Source: Planktothrix sp. GU0601_MAG3 (GTDB taxonomy: Bacteria > Cyanobacteriota > Cyanobacteriia > Cyanobacteriales > Microcoleaceae). Taken from it: a stretch of 64,000 bases of DNA. The stretch lies in the NCBI GenBank assembly GCA_035193785.1, contig CP136572.1, forward strand, positions 4,980,578-5,044,577, given 5' to 3'. The position numbers and the translations under genes were made by a program. Shown in pieces: positions 48,141 to 59,391 of the stretch (within the stretch, counting starts at the first letter, position 1; every line of letters begins with the position of its first letter). Below the pieces are notes generated by a model that was not told the DNA's origin, ran no database searches, and saw only the letters and a list, made by a program, of their open reading frames with translations.

Positions 48141-48212
48141 AATAATTGTTTCTTGGCGATGATATCAAGGGATAGAATGCTAAGTGACGACTACGAGAAA
48201 TATTTAACTTGA

Positions 48213-48564
<352 letters not shown>

Positions 48565-48581
48565 GTTTTTTTTTCCATTCG

Positions 48582-48610
48582 GGGATACGGCATTGTCGTA
48601 TCCCTTTTTT
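48582..48610 (+). terminator. Intrinsic terminator of glnB
   Basis: GGGATACGGC-ATT-GTCGTATCCC followed by TTTTTT. Confidence 0.75.
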
Positions 48611-48694
48611 ATTTTTAATCGGTTGACAAATTCTGTCCGCGCCGCAAGCCCACCCCTTCAGGGGTCGGGATAGGCGCTGCGACTTTAGGCGCAT

Positions 48695-48876
48695 TCAAGT
48701 ATTTTGGTTTTCAATATATTTTTTCACAGTTTCCTCAGAAGCGTTACCGACTGTACCACAAAAATAGCTTCTAGTCCAAAGAGAAGGAATTTTTTTAGGT
48801 GCGGATATTCCTTTCTAAGTTGAAATGAAGTAAACCCTTTAAGTCTAAACATAATCTGGTCTGGAGCCAAATTAGA
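48695..48876 (-). pseudogene. tnpA: C-terminal remnant of Y1 transposase TnpA
   Basis: LAPDQIMFRLKGFTSFQLRKEYPHLKKIPSLWTRSYFCGTVGNASEETVKKYIENQ*; HUH half missing. Confidence 0.85.
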
Positions 48877-48912
48877 ATGATACGATACAATAACTTTAGG
48901 AGGTGATAGAAA

Positions 48913-50158
48913 TTGATTTTGAGTTACAAGTACAAGTTACGCCCTAACAATCAACAGTCCCAAAAATTGTCGGGATGGCTTGATATGCTTAGGGCGACTT
49001 ATAACTGGTGTTTGCGCGACCGGATTGAACGAATCTTTTAATAAGTTTTTTAAGGGTGCTGGGTTCCCCAAGTTTAAACGCCGTCACGATTTTAAATCCT
49101 TTAGTTACAAACCAGGAAGAATCAAAATCAAAGGTAATAAAATCTATTTACCTAAAATCGGATGGATGCGTTTTTATAACTCGCGTCCTATTGCCGATGG
49201 ATTTGAAATCAAGACGGTTACAGTTAGACAGAAAGCCGATAGTTGGTACGTTTCGGTTAGGATTGAAAACAAGACAGTGCCAGATTTTCCAGTCATTCCA
49301 GACAGTGAAATTAAAACCATTATCGGCTGCGATATGGGATTAGGAAAACTGGCTTATTTATCAGATGGTAGTGTGATTGAAAACCCCCGTTTTACTACTA
49401 ATAAAAAAACCAAGCGTTTAATAAAAATTAGACAAAGGCGGGTTAGTCGTAAACAAAAGAGAAGCAAAAATCGTAGTAAAGCTCAACTCAAAGTGAGTCA
49501 ATTACATAACAGGATTCAACAGCAACGAGAATCTTATCAATGGGATGTGGCCAATCAAATTGTCAGAAAAGCTGATGCTGTTGCTGTTGAAGATTTGGAA
49601 GTTAAAAACATGATGAAACGGTGCAAACCTGTTAAGTCTGAATCTGGTAGATTTTTGTCTAACGGTCAATCAGCTAAACGGGGATTGAATCGTTCTATTG
49701 CTGATGCAAGTTGGTATAGTTTAACTCAAAAACTTGAATATTTGGCTGCGAAGTCAGGCAAGAAATTGTATAAAGTTAACCCAAAATATACCAGTCAAAC
49801 TTGTAGTAAATGTAAGCATATCGATAAAAATAGTCGCAATGGTGAAAAGTTTATTTGTACTAATTGCGGACATATTGATGATGCTAATTTACAAGCTGCC
49901 AGGAATGTAAAAACTAAGGCAATAGAAACCTACGGGTTAAATATTGTCAAAATGATTAAATCGAAAAAGGTACGGCGGGACTCGTCGAAACCAGTACAAA
50001 CGACTCTTTTTTATGTCGAAATGTATGAACGCTCGTCAGATAATACGCTGCCCCAAAAAGCCTGCACTGAGCCAGGTCAAAGTGGCAAACGGCGTGTGGG
50101 CGAGAAACCCAGAGTACAAGCAATTGTCTCTCTGGGATATTTAGGGCGAAATTCCTAA
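48913..50158 (+). pseudogene. tnpB: TnpB with internal deletion/frameshift near 49030
   Basis: MILSYKYKLRP...YNWCLRDRIE in one frame joined to LNESFNKFF...GFPKFK in another; IGCDMG, AVEDL, YTSQTCSKC, FICTNCG. Confidence 0.85.
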
Positions 50159-50509
50159 AGAATCCCATCCCCGACCGGGGTGGGAGTGTCAATCCCATTT
50201 GTTATTCGTTGGGTCATCAATTCTTCAGCAGACCAACCATCGCCCACCGGGGTCTAAATTAACTGTTATAGATAATTATAGGTAATTGGTTTTTTGGGTG
50301 ACGCACCATTCACCCCGACACCAACATTCCCTATGGTGCGGGTCTTCTTTCTCTCATTTTTGACAAAGTTTTTGAGGTCATTAACTCTCAATGAGTGACC
50401 TCAAACGCTTTAGTTTTACCTTAATCCAAGAATTTTCCCTGTAGCTTTTTGAGAAAAATTCCCCCATAGTTATACTTTCACTGAATTTGAAACTATCGGA
50501 ATATGGGGG

Positions 50510-50740
50510 TTAAGCCGAAGCATCTCCAGATAGGCGGGCTTCTGCCATATCTCGAATTAAGGCAATCCGAGAGCAGATATAATCCTTTAAGAGATCAGCT
50601 TCTTTGGCGTTAATGCCGGCTTGTTTTTTGAACTGTTTGACTAAACACTGGACAAGACTGGCATCATCAAGATCAACTAAAGTGGATGCTTGAGTTGTTT
50701 CTACCAGTGACCAAAGTTGACGAAGCATTGTAGGAGTCAT
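50510..50740 (-). CDS. Conserved cyanobacterial hypothetical protein
   Basis: MTPTMLRQLWSLVETTQASTLVDLDD...YICSRIALIRDMA. Confidence 0.75.
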   Translation of the reverse strand: MTPTMLRQLWSLVETTQASTLVDLDDASLVQCLVKQFKKQAGINAKEADLLKDYICSRIALIRDMAEARLSGDASA

Positions 50741-50955
50741 AAAATCTCCGATGGATGCAGTTTTGTCGGTTCCGATACAGAAAATAACAGTGTTTTTCTG
50801 AGTGACTTAGAAAGTTTCTTTGCCATTTAGAAAAAGGCTTAATACTTTCTTCAAATTTCAAGAATAACCGAGTTTTATCAAATTGCAAGCAAAAATATAC
50901 AAGATGTCACAACAGCTACAACTCTCTTAATCCTTTGCATTAAATCTTGACAAAT

Positions 50956-51100
50956 GCCCCCCACTCCCCCTACCTCCCCGACTCCTCCTAACTCCCCCTA
51001 CCTCCCCTGCTCCTGCTCCCCCTACCTCCCCTGCTCCTGCTCCCCCTGCTCCCCCTGCTCCCCCTGCTCCCCCTGCTCCCCTACTCCCCTACTCCCCTAC
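50956..51100. repeat. CTCCCCCTG/CTCCCCTAC tandem repeats
   Basis: Visible array of the same family as 1525-1752 and 33054-33275. Confidence 0.85.
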
Positions 51101-51639
51101 TTAACCGATTCCGAGGGAATTCCAATCCGTTTGCGTAGGGATTGAGCCCGATATTTGGCGGTTTGATTATCGGGATCATTTTTTAAAGTTTCTTCGTAGG
51201 CTTCTAAGGCTTGGGCCGTTAACTTTTTCTTTTCATAGGCATAACCCAAATTATTAGAAGCTGTGGGGTAAATGGGAGTTAATTTTAAGGCTTCTTTATA
51301 TTGACGAATGGCAATATCATATTGTTCTTTAGCTAGATGGGCATATCCTAGGGCGTTATAAATCATGGCTAGGTTTTCTGGAGCTTCATCTTCCCCAGCT
51401 TTTAAGGCTTTTTGTAATACGGTAACAGCTTGAGAGTAAAGTTTTTTATCGTTATAAATACTGCCTAATTCATAGTATTCCTGTGCATTTCCCTGTTCCT
51501 TTGATAACTTATTTTGTAGATCGAAAAGGGTGCTTTCTATCCGACGAGTTTTAATAATTTGACGAACCACAAAAACAATAGCGGCTGCGAGCAACCCCAC
51601 TAACAGTAATAAATAGGCGATGGGAAGGTTCTTATCCAT
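51097..51639 (-). CDS. Membrane-anchored TPR protein, Ycf37-like
   Basis: N-terminal TM helix, three TPRs (YYELGSIY, YNALGYA, SNNLGYAY); downstream of rplT. Confidence 0.8.
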   Translation of the reverse strand: MDKNLPIAYLLLLVGLLAAAIVFVVRQIIKTRRIESTLFDLQNKLSKEQGNAQEYYELGSIYNDKKLYSQAVTVLQKALKAGEDEAPENLAMIYNALGYAHLAKEQYDIAIRQYKEALKLTPIYPTASNNLGYAYEKKKLTAQALEAYEETLKNDPDNQTAKYRAQSLRKRIGIPSESVK

Positions 51640-51765
51640 AATTAAAAAAAGTGAAAATTTAATTCAATACAAAGGCGAAGGACAGATTAAATCCGATCCT
51701 TCACCTGAGCCGACAATCGGCAATTTTGTCTATTCAGTTTAACAGGCGGTTTTAATTGGTTAAAA

Positions 51766-52122
51766 CTACTTGTTGGCACTCTTAGCAAGATCAACGACTT
51801 TCCCAAAGGTTTGAGGATCTAAAACAGCAAGTTGGGCTAACATTTTACGGTTCAGTAAGATATCGGCTTTTTTCATATTACCAACTAACTGACTATAGCT
51901 AATTCCGTTAATCCGAGCCGCGGCATTAATCCGAGTAATCCACAACCGTCTAAAATCCCGTTTGCGGTTACGACGATCACGATAGGCATTTTTCAACGCC
52001 TGCATGACTCTCTGATTCGCGGTGCGGAAGTTAGTTGACTGACAACCCCGGAATCCTTTGGCAAGTTTCAGGACTTTTTTGCGGCGTTTGCGAGCCACAT
52101 TACCGCGCTTAACTCTGGTCAT
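51766..52122 (-). CDS. rplT: 50S ribosomal protein L20
   Basis: [26 protein letters not shown]...[12 protein letters not shown]. Confidence 0.98.
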   Translation of the reverse strand: MTRVKRGNVARKRRKKVLKLAKGFRGCQSTNFRTANQRVMQALKNAYRDRRNRKRDFRRLWITRINAAARINGISYSQLVGNMKKADILLNRKMLAQLAVLDPQTFGKVVDLAKSANK

Positions 52123-52159
52123 TTACGTTTGTTTCCTTTAATAAAATTCGTTTAGAGGC

Positions 52160-52357
52160 TTACAAATAGGGCAGCATCAAACGCACGTTGTCTGTTTGAG
52201 TCTCACTCACCAGCGCCATCTTAGACAGATTCCGTTTGCGAGCAGAGCTTTTATGCTGTAACAGGTGGCTTTTGTAAGCTTTACGACGCGCAATTTTTCC
52301 ACTGCCAGTGACTTTGAATCGTCTGGCTGCGGATTTACGAGTTTTGAGTTTGGGCAT
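52160..52357 (-). CDS. rpmI: 50S ribosomal protein L35
   Basis: [21 protein letters not shown]. Confidence 0.97.
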   Translation of the reverse strand: MPKLKTRKSAARRFKVTGSGKIARRKAYKSHLLQHKSSARKRNLSKMALVSETQTDNVRLMLPYL

Positions 52358-52426
52358 GGATTCGCCTAAATTCGACACAGCCTACAATTGTATCATAGGA
52401 GTTGATATTCTCACAAGTCTTGAGCT

Positions 52427-52861
52427 TTAGAGTTTGGGGTTGGGTTTCTGGTGTGCAACTTCCACAACGGTATGCACATTCCCTCGGGGGTTAAAATCTC
52501 CTTTAATTCGGACTTCTAGGGGATCGGCAGCGGCGACAAAATCATCTAAAATTTGGTTAATGGATTCTTCGTGGGAAATATAGCGATCGCGGTAACTGTT
52601 AATATACAGTTTGATCGATTTTAATTCCACCACCCGCTCATTTGGAACATAGTTTAAATAAATCGTAGCAAAATCAGGATACCCGGAAAAAGGACATTTA
52701 CAGGTAAATTCGGGTAAGGTAATCTCAACCTGATAGTGACGACCGATTCTGGGATTAGGAAAGGTAATCAATTGACCTTCCTCGATTTCCCGTTCACCAT
52801 ACTTTGATGCTTCTGGGCTGGCGGTAGGAACTTCCGTGGGTTCTGTGTAAGAGTGACTCAT
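52427..52861 (-). CDS. queF: NADPH-dependent preQ0 reductase
   Basis: PEFTCKCPFSGYPDFA, VELKSIKLY, ISHEE, FNPRGN. Confidence 0.95.
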   Translation of the reverse strand: MSHSYTEPTEVPTASPEASKYGEREIEEGQLITFPNPRIGRHYQVEITLPEFTCKCPFSGYPDFATIYLNYVPNERVVELKSIKLYINSYRDRYISHEESINQILDDFVAAADPLEVRIKGDFNPRGNVHTVVEVAHQKPNPKL

Positions 52862-53015
52862 GGTTAGAATTTAGCAGCAACTCTTTCAAGTGTAGTGATG
52901 GAAGGGTTAATTTTTCTGTAATTGCCGGAAAAAATTCGTTTAAATCGTTCTAATCACAGGTATTGTAAAACATAATAAGTTTCTAATAAAATGTTCACCC
53001 TCAATTAAAAGTCCT

Positions 53016-53628
53016 ATGCAAAATGCTGACGCCTCTAGCCCTAATCCGTCAGTGGCATCGAGTAACTACTCTCCATCTATTCCCATTTCTATCTATCGGG
53101 AAGTTACGGCGGAGTTGCAAACGGTTTCAATCTCAACTGCAAACGCTCAAAACCCAAAATCAACAGCTAACCCAGCAGAATCAACAACTTAGGCAAGAAT
53201 TAGAAAACGTTGTGCAATCTGCCATTGGGTTGCACCAGGCTATTAATAAAGCTCAAAGTATCGGTCAGGGGAAAAAATCTCAATTTTCATCTCCAGGAGC
53301 GAGTTCTTTTACCCTGGAAATTCCGAGCAATCTCGGCGCGACTTCAACAAATCCCCCCATGCTAGAAATTGCACCGCAGATTACACCAGAAACCAGGGGA
53401 AATCAACCCAGTTTTCCCTTTTCTCAGCCACCCCAACAACCGTTAAATACAGAGGTAGCTCAACCATTATTTACAGAACCAACGGAGGCTCGGTTACGTC
53501 CGATGTCTAAATCGCAGCGTTCTGAATTGAGCGGGTTTTGGTTGATTGTCTCGATTGTTGTAATTGTGGTGGTTGCCTTCGGTGCGGGTTATTGGATTGT
53601 TCGTCCTCTATTAAACCAACAGCGCTAG
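53016..53628 (+). CDS. Coiled-coil protein with C-terminal TM anchor (+1 break at GTTTC 53124-53128)
   Basis: Repaired N-terminus MQNADA...YSPSIPISIYREVTAELQTVQSQL; C-terminal IVVVAFGAGYWIVRP. Confidence 0.75.
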
Positions 53629-53781
53629 TTTGATTTCTATAAAAATAATGGCGGAAGGAAAACCCTCCGCCAATAATGTTTTTGAAGTCGTGAGTATTAA
53701 CACAACTTTCAAGAATTTAGTCACTTTATTGAGTGACTGTAATATAGTTTACAGAAGGAAGTTCGACTATGTTAACTCGGT

Positions 53782-53832
53782 GTTGGTATTAATAGTTTCA
53801 CCATTAAATTTTAGGAAACTATCAATACCAAC
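53782..53832. terminator. 18-bp inverted repeat between convergent genes
   Basis: GTTGGTATTAATAGTTTC / GAAACTATCAATACCAAC. Confidence 0.55.
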
Positions 53833-53897
53833 GAGATGATGAGAAACATAGTCTTTTGTTTCGATTTGACTTGACTCGGATAACCGATGAACGGGTT

Positions 53898-54317
53898 TTA
53901 ACCGCGAGTTCCAGTTTCAACTAAAGTTGCTAAAGATTCTTCGCTGATTGAATCTGGGATCTCAGTCGCTTCGGGTTCATAACCGCGTTTGAATTCTCTC
54001 GATCTTACCTGTTTGGCTTGAAGCGCGGTTTCTAGAAACTTAATGGCTCGCTGAGGATTGCCTGCTCCACAAAAGAATAAGTCAGCAGCGAAATAGCCTA
54101 ATTCTGGCCAAGTGTGAATAGCAATGTGAGACTCAGCCAAAGTGGCTGTTGCAGTTACTCCGTGAGGACTAAACTGGTGTACACATAAGTCGATGAGGGT
54201 AGCCCCCCCAGCAGAAATTGCATCAAGCATCGCGCGACGGATGCGTTCGGGATCGTTCAGAAGTTCTGCAGGACACTGCCAAGCGTCAACGACCAGATGG
54301 GTTCCCAATTGTTTCAT
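53898..54317 (-). CDS. speD: S-adenosylmethionine decarboxylase proenzyme
   Basis: HQFSPHGVT, LAESHIAIHTWPE, DLFFCG. Confidence 0.92.
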   Translation of the reverse strand: MKQLGTHLVVDAWQCPAELLNDPERIRRAMLDAISAGGATLIDLCVHQFSPHGVTATATLAESHIAIHTWPELGYFAADLFFCGAGNPQRAIKFLETALQAKQVRSREFKRGYEPEATEIPDSISEESLATLVETGTRG

Positions 54318-54418
54318 TCTTCGGGTTTTACCTCCACCCTAAAGTGTATCAAACCTTTCAATCCTAACACACATTTTCAGAAATTGTGCAAGAGTTTGAA
54401 CAAAACTGCTCCGAGTTT

Positions 54419-55474
54419 CTATGAATAGCTGGCTCCGTTAGGCAGAATCGCCCCTTCGAGGCTGACTTCGTTTAGGTGATCAATATTAAGACTCGCACCG
54501 ATTAAGTTAGCTGCACAGAGGTTAGCTCCGGTTAAATTGGCGCCTTTGAGGGAAGTCAAAAGCAGTCCGGCTCCGGTGAGATTGGCGTGGCTTAAGTTCG
54601 CTCCCCGCAAATCGGCTTCTAATAAAGTCGCTCCCTCTAAATTCGCCCCACTGAGGTTCGCCCCGCGCAAATTAGCCTTGGTTAAATCACAGTGTCTTAA
54701 ATCAGCATTTTGTAAATTCAAACCGTTTAAAGAGGAATTTTTAAGATTTGTGTCTTGGAGGTAGGCTCCTCTTAAGTTGGCTCCGTTTAAGTTGCTGCCA
54801 CTTAAATCCGCCCCTTGTAAGTTAGCCGCCGTCAGGTTAGCCACACCCAGATTAGCCTCTCGTAGACTAGCCTCGCTTAGATCGGCATGACTTAAATTAG
54901 CCCCACTCAGATTCCCTTGATTTAGGTAAGCTCGGACTAATTTGGCATGACTTAAATTAGCCCCACTCAGATCAACTTCAGTTAGAATGGTTCGAGTTAA
55001 GTTAGCTCCACTAAGATCAGCACCGCTTAAAATGGCTCGGCTGAGGGTTGCTCCCACTAAAATCGCGTCGGTGAGTTTGCAACCATTCAGGAGACAGGCT
55101 GAAATTAAACTGGCTCCGGTGAGGTTGGCCCCGGTCAAATCGGTTTGGGACAGAATCGCACCACTGAACATAACTCCACTCAGGTCAGCATTGCGTAAAA
55201 TAGTATCGGTCAGACTGGCCCCACTGAGATTCGCTTCAACCAGAACGGCCATGGAGAGGTTAACCTGGCTCAAATCAGCGCCGTTCAGATTAGCTCCAAT
55301 TAGGCGGGTACGAGATAAATTGGTTCCTTGTAAGTTGGCATTACTGAGATTAATTCGATTCAAATTTTCCCGTTTTAAGCAGGCTACCATCAGGTGGATA
55401 CCGCTAAAATTTCTCTCTCCTGTAGCATATCGAGTTAATAACTTATCGACATCAATGCTTTCATTAGCCTTCAT
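54419..55474 (-). CDS. Pentapeptide repeat protein
   Basis: RYATGERNF then A(N/D)LxG repeats; GAILPNG end. Confidence 0.95.
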   Translation of the reverse strand: MKANESIDVDKLLTRYATGERNFSGIHLMVACLKRENLNRINLSNANLQGTNLSRTRLIGANLNGADLSQVNLSMAVLVEANLSGASLTDTILRNADLSGVMFSGAILSQTDLTGANLTGASLISACLLNGCKLTDAILVGATLSRAILSGADLSGANLTRTILTEVDLSGANLSHAKLVRAYLNQGNLSGANLSHADLSEASLREANLGVANLTAANLQGADLSGSNLNGANLRGAYLQDTNLKNSSLNGLNLQNADLRHCDLTKANLRGANLSGANLEGATLLEADLRGANLSHANLTGAGLLLTSLKGANLTGANLCAANLIGASLNIDHLNEVSLEGAILPNGASYS

Positions 55475-56084
55475 AAAAAATGAACGGTTTTATTTAATGT
55501 GTAAATAGTAGAAGCAGACCATGAATGGCTTCAATTGCAGTTCATAGCAAGGAAAAAAAATGCACAATAACATTTATGGGTGTGTAATCATGGATAATTC
55601 AACCCTGATTAGATTTAAGTCTAAATTCTTTGTTAGAATCTAACTGTATCGGGTTTTGCTACCGGACTACATTTCGGTGAGTTGCTAACCCCAAAGTTAA
55701 TTGGGCTTAACTGGTATCACCTGCAATATAGGTGTACTGGGTGATTAATCGCCAGATTATTGCTAAACAGAATTGTTGAAAATCATAGTGCGGCGGTCGT
55801 GGAATATCCCGCAGCATATATAAAATAGTATAAGAATAAAAATGCTGATCAGCATTGAAGGAGGATGGATAACTTTTGATTGGGGATAACCCCAAAACGG
55901 GTAAATTAACCGAGCTTGAGCCGGATGTTGGTTTCAGACGAGAATAACGGGCTAAAAGTCTAACCCGGAAGAAATTCCTCCATCGCTGTTGATTTGGGAT
56001 ATTCATAGGATGTTTTAATCCTAAACCCCCTTCTTGCTAATCCTACGACGGTTTAGGCAGAATCGCCTTTCCTTTAAGTGGACT

Positions 56085-56128
56085 CGTTGAACCAAGAATC
56101 CACTTGCCTTTAGGCAGTGAAGTGTCAA
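56085..56128 (+). mobile_element. Isolated IS200/IS605-type right-end remnant
   Basis: AAGAATCCACTTGCCTTTAGGCAGTGAAGTGTCAA parallels the right end AAGAATCCC...GAGTGTCAA at 50158-50192. Confidence 0.6.
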
Positions 56129-56276
56129 CTCGATTGATCACAATTATTTCTTAAATTAATCATAATCGCTGAAGGCTCAACTGGGCAAGTGTCAGATTCA
56201 AAGTGCTAAACACTGGATCACTAAACCCGGGAAACCTCCATACTAAGATTAAAGTGTGATCCTGTTAGGAGATTCT

Positions 56277-57333
56277 ATGGAAATTCGCGGTGTCTGGTTA
56301 ACCAATACGGACAGTCGAGTGCTGTTTTCTCGACAGACCATTGCAGAAGCGATGGAATTCTTGGCGGAGACGGGTTTTAATGTGGTGTTTCCGGTGGTTT
56401 GGAATAAGGGCGTAACTTTTTATCGCTCTCAGGTGATGGCTCAAACCTTTGGGATTGAAATTGATTTCTATGCTAAGGGACGTGACCCTTTACAGGAAGT
56501 GATTGAGGAAGGTCATCGGGTTGGGTTGAAAGTAATTCCTTGGTTTGAATTTGGGTTTGCGAGTTTCTTATCAACAAAATGGGGGCCGAATTTTATCCCA
56601 AAAACCCGGCTGGTCGGGGATTAATTCCACGGGGGGGTTAGTTGTTAAAAATGGGTTTGAGTGGATGAATGCTTTTGACCCAGAAGTACAAAATTTTGTT
56701 CTAAGTTTAGTTTTGGAGGTGGTGAGAAAATACGATATTGATGGGGTGCAAGGGGATGACCGGATGCCAGCAATGCCCTCGGAAGGAGGTTATGATCCGA
56801 AAACCGTTGCTCTTTATCGGGAGGAATTTGGGCGTCAACCTCCGACCTATCATAAAGACCCACAATGGGTACAATGGCGGGCGAATATCCTAACTAATTT
56901 TTTAATTCGTTTGCGTCGAGAAGTCAGGGCAATTAAGCCTAATTTGTTGATTTCTATGGCTCCTAGTGTTTATAAATGGGGTTTAGATGAATATTTACAG
57001 GATTATATTGCTTGGATTGATCAAGATTTAGTTGATTGGATTCACCCTCAGTTATATCGACGCAATTTTTGGAGTTATAAAGGGTTAGTTGATCAATTGG
57101 TTGATGTTCAATTTAGAGATTGGCAGTTACCAAAACTTTCTCCGGGGATTTTAGCAAAAATAGGTTCCTATTGCATTACGACTGATGATTTATTAAAGTC
57201 AATTGACTATAATCGGTTTAAGGGAGTTCAGGGAGAAATATTTTTCTTTTATGAAGCCCTAAGATTGAATAATAATGCTTTGGCAACAGCTTTGAAAAAA
57301 GGCCCCTATGCTGTTCCGGCTAGATTGAGGTAG
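56277..57333 (+). CDS. Glycoside hydrolase family 10-like (DUF187) protein (+1 break at GTTTC 56563-56567)
   Basis: EIRGVWLTN, GFNVVFPVVWN, IPWFEFG, YDIDGVQGDDR. Confidence 0.9.
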
Positions 57334-57435
57334 GGGGCAAGCAGGGCCGTTTCATTTTCCAAAATTGGGGAGTCAAATTGAGTCCTCAATTTTTCACAAT
57401 TGAGGCGAAAAAACTGATTAATTCTAATTTAATTT

Positions 57436-58894
57436 CTAGGTCTTTTTATTTTTAAAGATTTTAAAAATGCCAAATATGAATAAACCCGATAATAACGCAA
57501 CTATAAAACTAAGGGTAAGGGATCTTCCAAGGTTTATGACGGGATTATCAGTCGCATATTGATTTAATAATAGACCGGAAACTAGAGCCTGTAATTCCTC
57601 CGGCACTCATGCCTGTACCGACGGCTAAAATAGTGATTTGCAGGTCATAATTGTTTTGTTTGTCCCGTTCTTCCTGACCTCGTTGGTTTTCGGTTTGTTC
57701 AATTTCTGTAATCCCCCGAATAGATGCGATCGCTCGATCTACTAAAGTAGAACCCTCAACAAAATAGTTGAGTTCATCGTTAATTCGTTCTTGAAAATAT
57801 TGACTATCCTGATTAATAAAACCGAGGAAAAAATCTAAGTTTTGGCTATCATTAATTAATGATTTCTCTTTTAATTTGCGTTGAATTGTTTTTAAAGTTT
57901 GTTGATAGTTTTTACTATTAATTGCAATTGTATTTCTATAATGTTTTAAATTGCGGAGGGTTTGAGAATAGGTAAAATCTTGGTGAGATAAGGCTTTAAT
58001 TCTTTGTTTAAGAAACTTTAAGTCTGCTTCATCTAAAAAAGATTCATCTGTTATTTCCTGATTTAAAAACTCATTTAAACTTTTGATTTCCCGTTCAATT
58101 TCACCATAACATTTAAAGGCTTTTTCATATTGTTTGAGGCTTTCCTGATAGGCTGTAATCACTTTATTACGATAAAAAAATAAATCAATAAATTCAGAAT
58201 AACAATAAATAAAATCCTCACTGCTTTGATTCTCTATGAATAACCAAATTAAAAGATGACAGTAAGGGAGGTCTGAAGAATCAATATTGATTTCACTTAA
58301 ATTATCATATTCAAAAATAGGACTCCCAAATAATTCTCCCTGGTTTTGTAGAGGAGGACGTTGTTGATTATTGGGGATAAATTCTTCTAAGCATTTTTGA
58401 GCTAAAATTTCTAAATCTTCAATTGAGCTTTGTTTAAATTCCTCTGGAATAAAAGCAGTAATTAATAAAGTTTGTCCGAGAGAACTATCAACAAATTCGG
58501 GTAAAAATATCTGATCTCGATTAATTTCTCGGAAAAATTTTAACGATATTTCTTCTGTTTTTTTGCCGTTTTCCTGTTCGGGACGACGTAAATTAAACGC
58601 TACAGCATAACTATCATGCAGACATTGGGGATAAATCCTGACCGTAATTGGGGTTTCACTATTAGGGAGTTTCCCGTATATTTTAATCAGTGAATTTTTG
58701 GATTTTTCGGAAACTTCATCATCATATTGAGCAAGATTCAACCGTTCTGAAAAACATAGTTTTTCCAATATTTGATAACACTTATCAAAAAGTTTTTGAG
58801 GGTTTTCAACTCTATTATTGCCATCATCCCTTAAGGATTTGCAGAGATGAAAAGCAAATAAATGTAAATTGGGAGCATAAACTTTTTCTATCAT
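57436..58894 (-). CDS. Hypothetical 485-aa protein: helical/coiled-coil region plus two C-terminal TM segments (+1 break at GAAAC 57578-57582)
   Basis: Repaired C-terminus LQITILAVGTGMSAGGITGSSSGLL...LSFIVALLSGLFIFGIFKIFKNKKT*. Confidence 0.75.
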
Positions 58895-58895
58895 C

Positions 58896-59342
58896 TTAAC
58901 GATTAATCAATTGGCTTAAAATTTGCTTAATATAATCCAGAATAGGAACTTTAACCGGGCAATTCTCGTTACTTTCAGGAGGAGGTGTAATTAAAATTCT
59001 AACTTCAGAATCTGAATTTTTTGATTGAGAATCTTCTGAGGTTTCGAGTTGAAAATTAGGAATAATCCAGCGATCTTTATGGGGATCAGAATCAATAATT
59101 TCATCGAGTTCTTTACGAGATTTTCCCTTCTTAGCTTGATCATATAGATTTAACTGTTCCTCATGATCTCCACACCATTCTATAATAGAATTCGCAGCTT
59201 GTTGAATTTGATCAAGGTTTAACTGTTCCAGTTCTTTGAATAATTCTGTTAAACTGGATTTATCCTGATCTTCAAGAATGGGCGGTTGAATTTCTAACAG
59301 TTCTAAAAAGCAGACTAGGGTTTCAATAGAGTCTTGCATCAT
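58896..59342 (-). CDS. Small acidic hypothetical protein between the CHAT protease and the 2-TM protein
   Basis: 148 aa; stop lies 1 nt from the next start. Confidence 0.75.
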   Translation of the reverse strand: MMQDSIETLVCFLELLEIQPPILEDQDKSSLTELFKELEQLNLDQIQQAANSIIEWCGDHEEQLNLYDQAKKGKSRKELDEIIDSDPHKDRWIIPNFQLETSEDSQSKNSDSEVRILITPPPESNENCPVKVPILDYIKQILSQLINR

Positions 59343-59391
59343 TTATTTTCTCAACGGATTGACAATAATAGAATATCAAGAGCATTTTAAG

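Larger units (their letters stand above)
48628..50192 (+). mobile_element. Degraded IS200/IS605-family element (divergent tnpA remnant + tnpB)
   Basis: Follows TTGAC; left hairpin CCCACCCC-TTCA-GGGGTCGGG; right hairpin TCCCATCCC...GGGGTGGGA ending GTGTCAA. Confidence 0.85.

Noticed and set aside
50905..50920. Imperfect NtcA-like site TGTCACAACAGCTACA
   Set aside because: One half-site mismatches and there is no independent link to nitrogen control.
52427..52861. queF as part of a dpd 7-deazaguanine DNA-modification island explaining the motif errors
   Set aside because: It is a stand-alone housekeeping queF next to rpmI, with no dpdA/tgt-like or other dpd genes in the window.
53898..53925. 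Possible additional GAAAC break at the speD C-terminus (VETGTRG*)
   Set aside because: It lies in a non-conserved tail and both readings are plausible, so it was not counted.
54537..55508. Plus-strand ORFs over the pentapeptide gene, and similar antisense ORFs over the amidase, ilvB, mfd and MASE1 kinase genes
   Set aside because: They are shadow frames of well-supported genes on the other strand.
55707..56006. 99-aa minus-strand ORF
   Set aside because: No recognisable motif or supportive composition; cannot be supported as a gene.
56160..56250. ATCGCTGAA as the start of a c-di-AMP (ydaO) riboswitch
   Set aside because: The downstream conserved GGGG-rich elements are absent.
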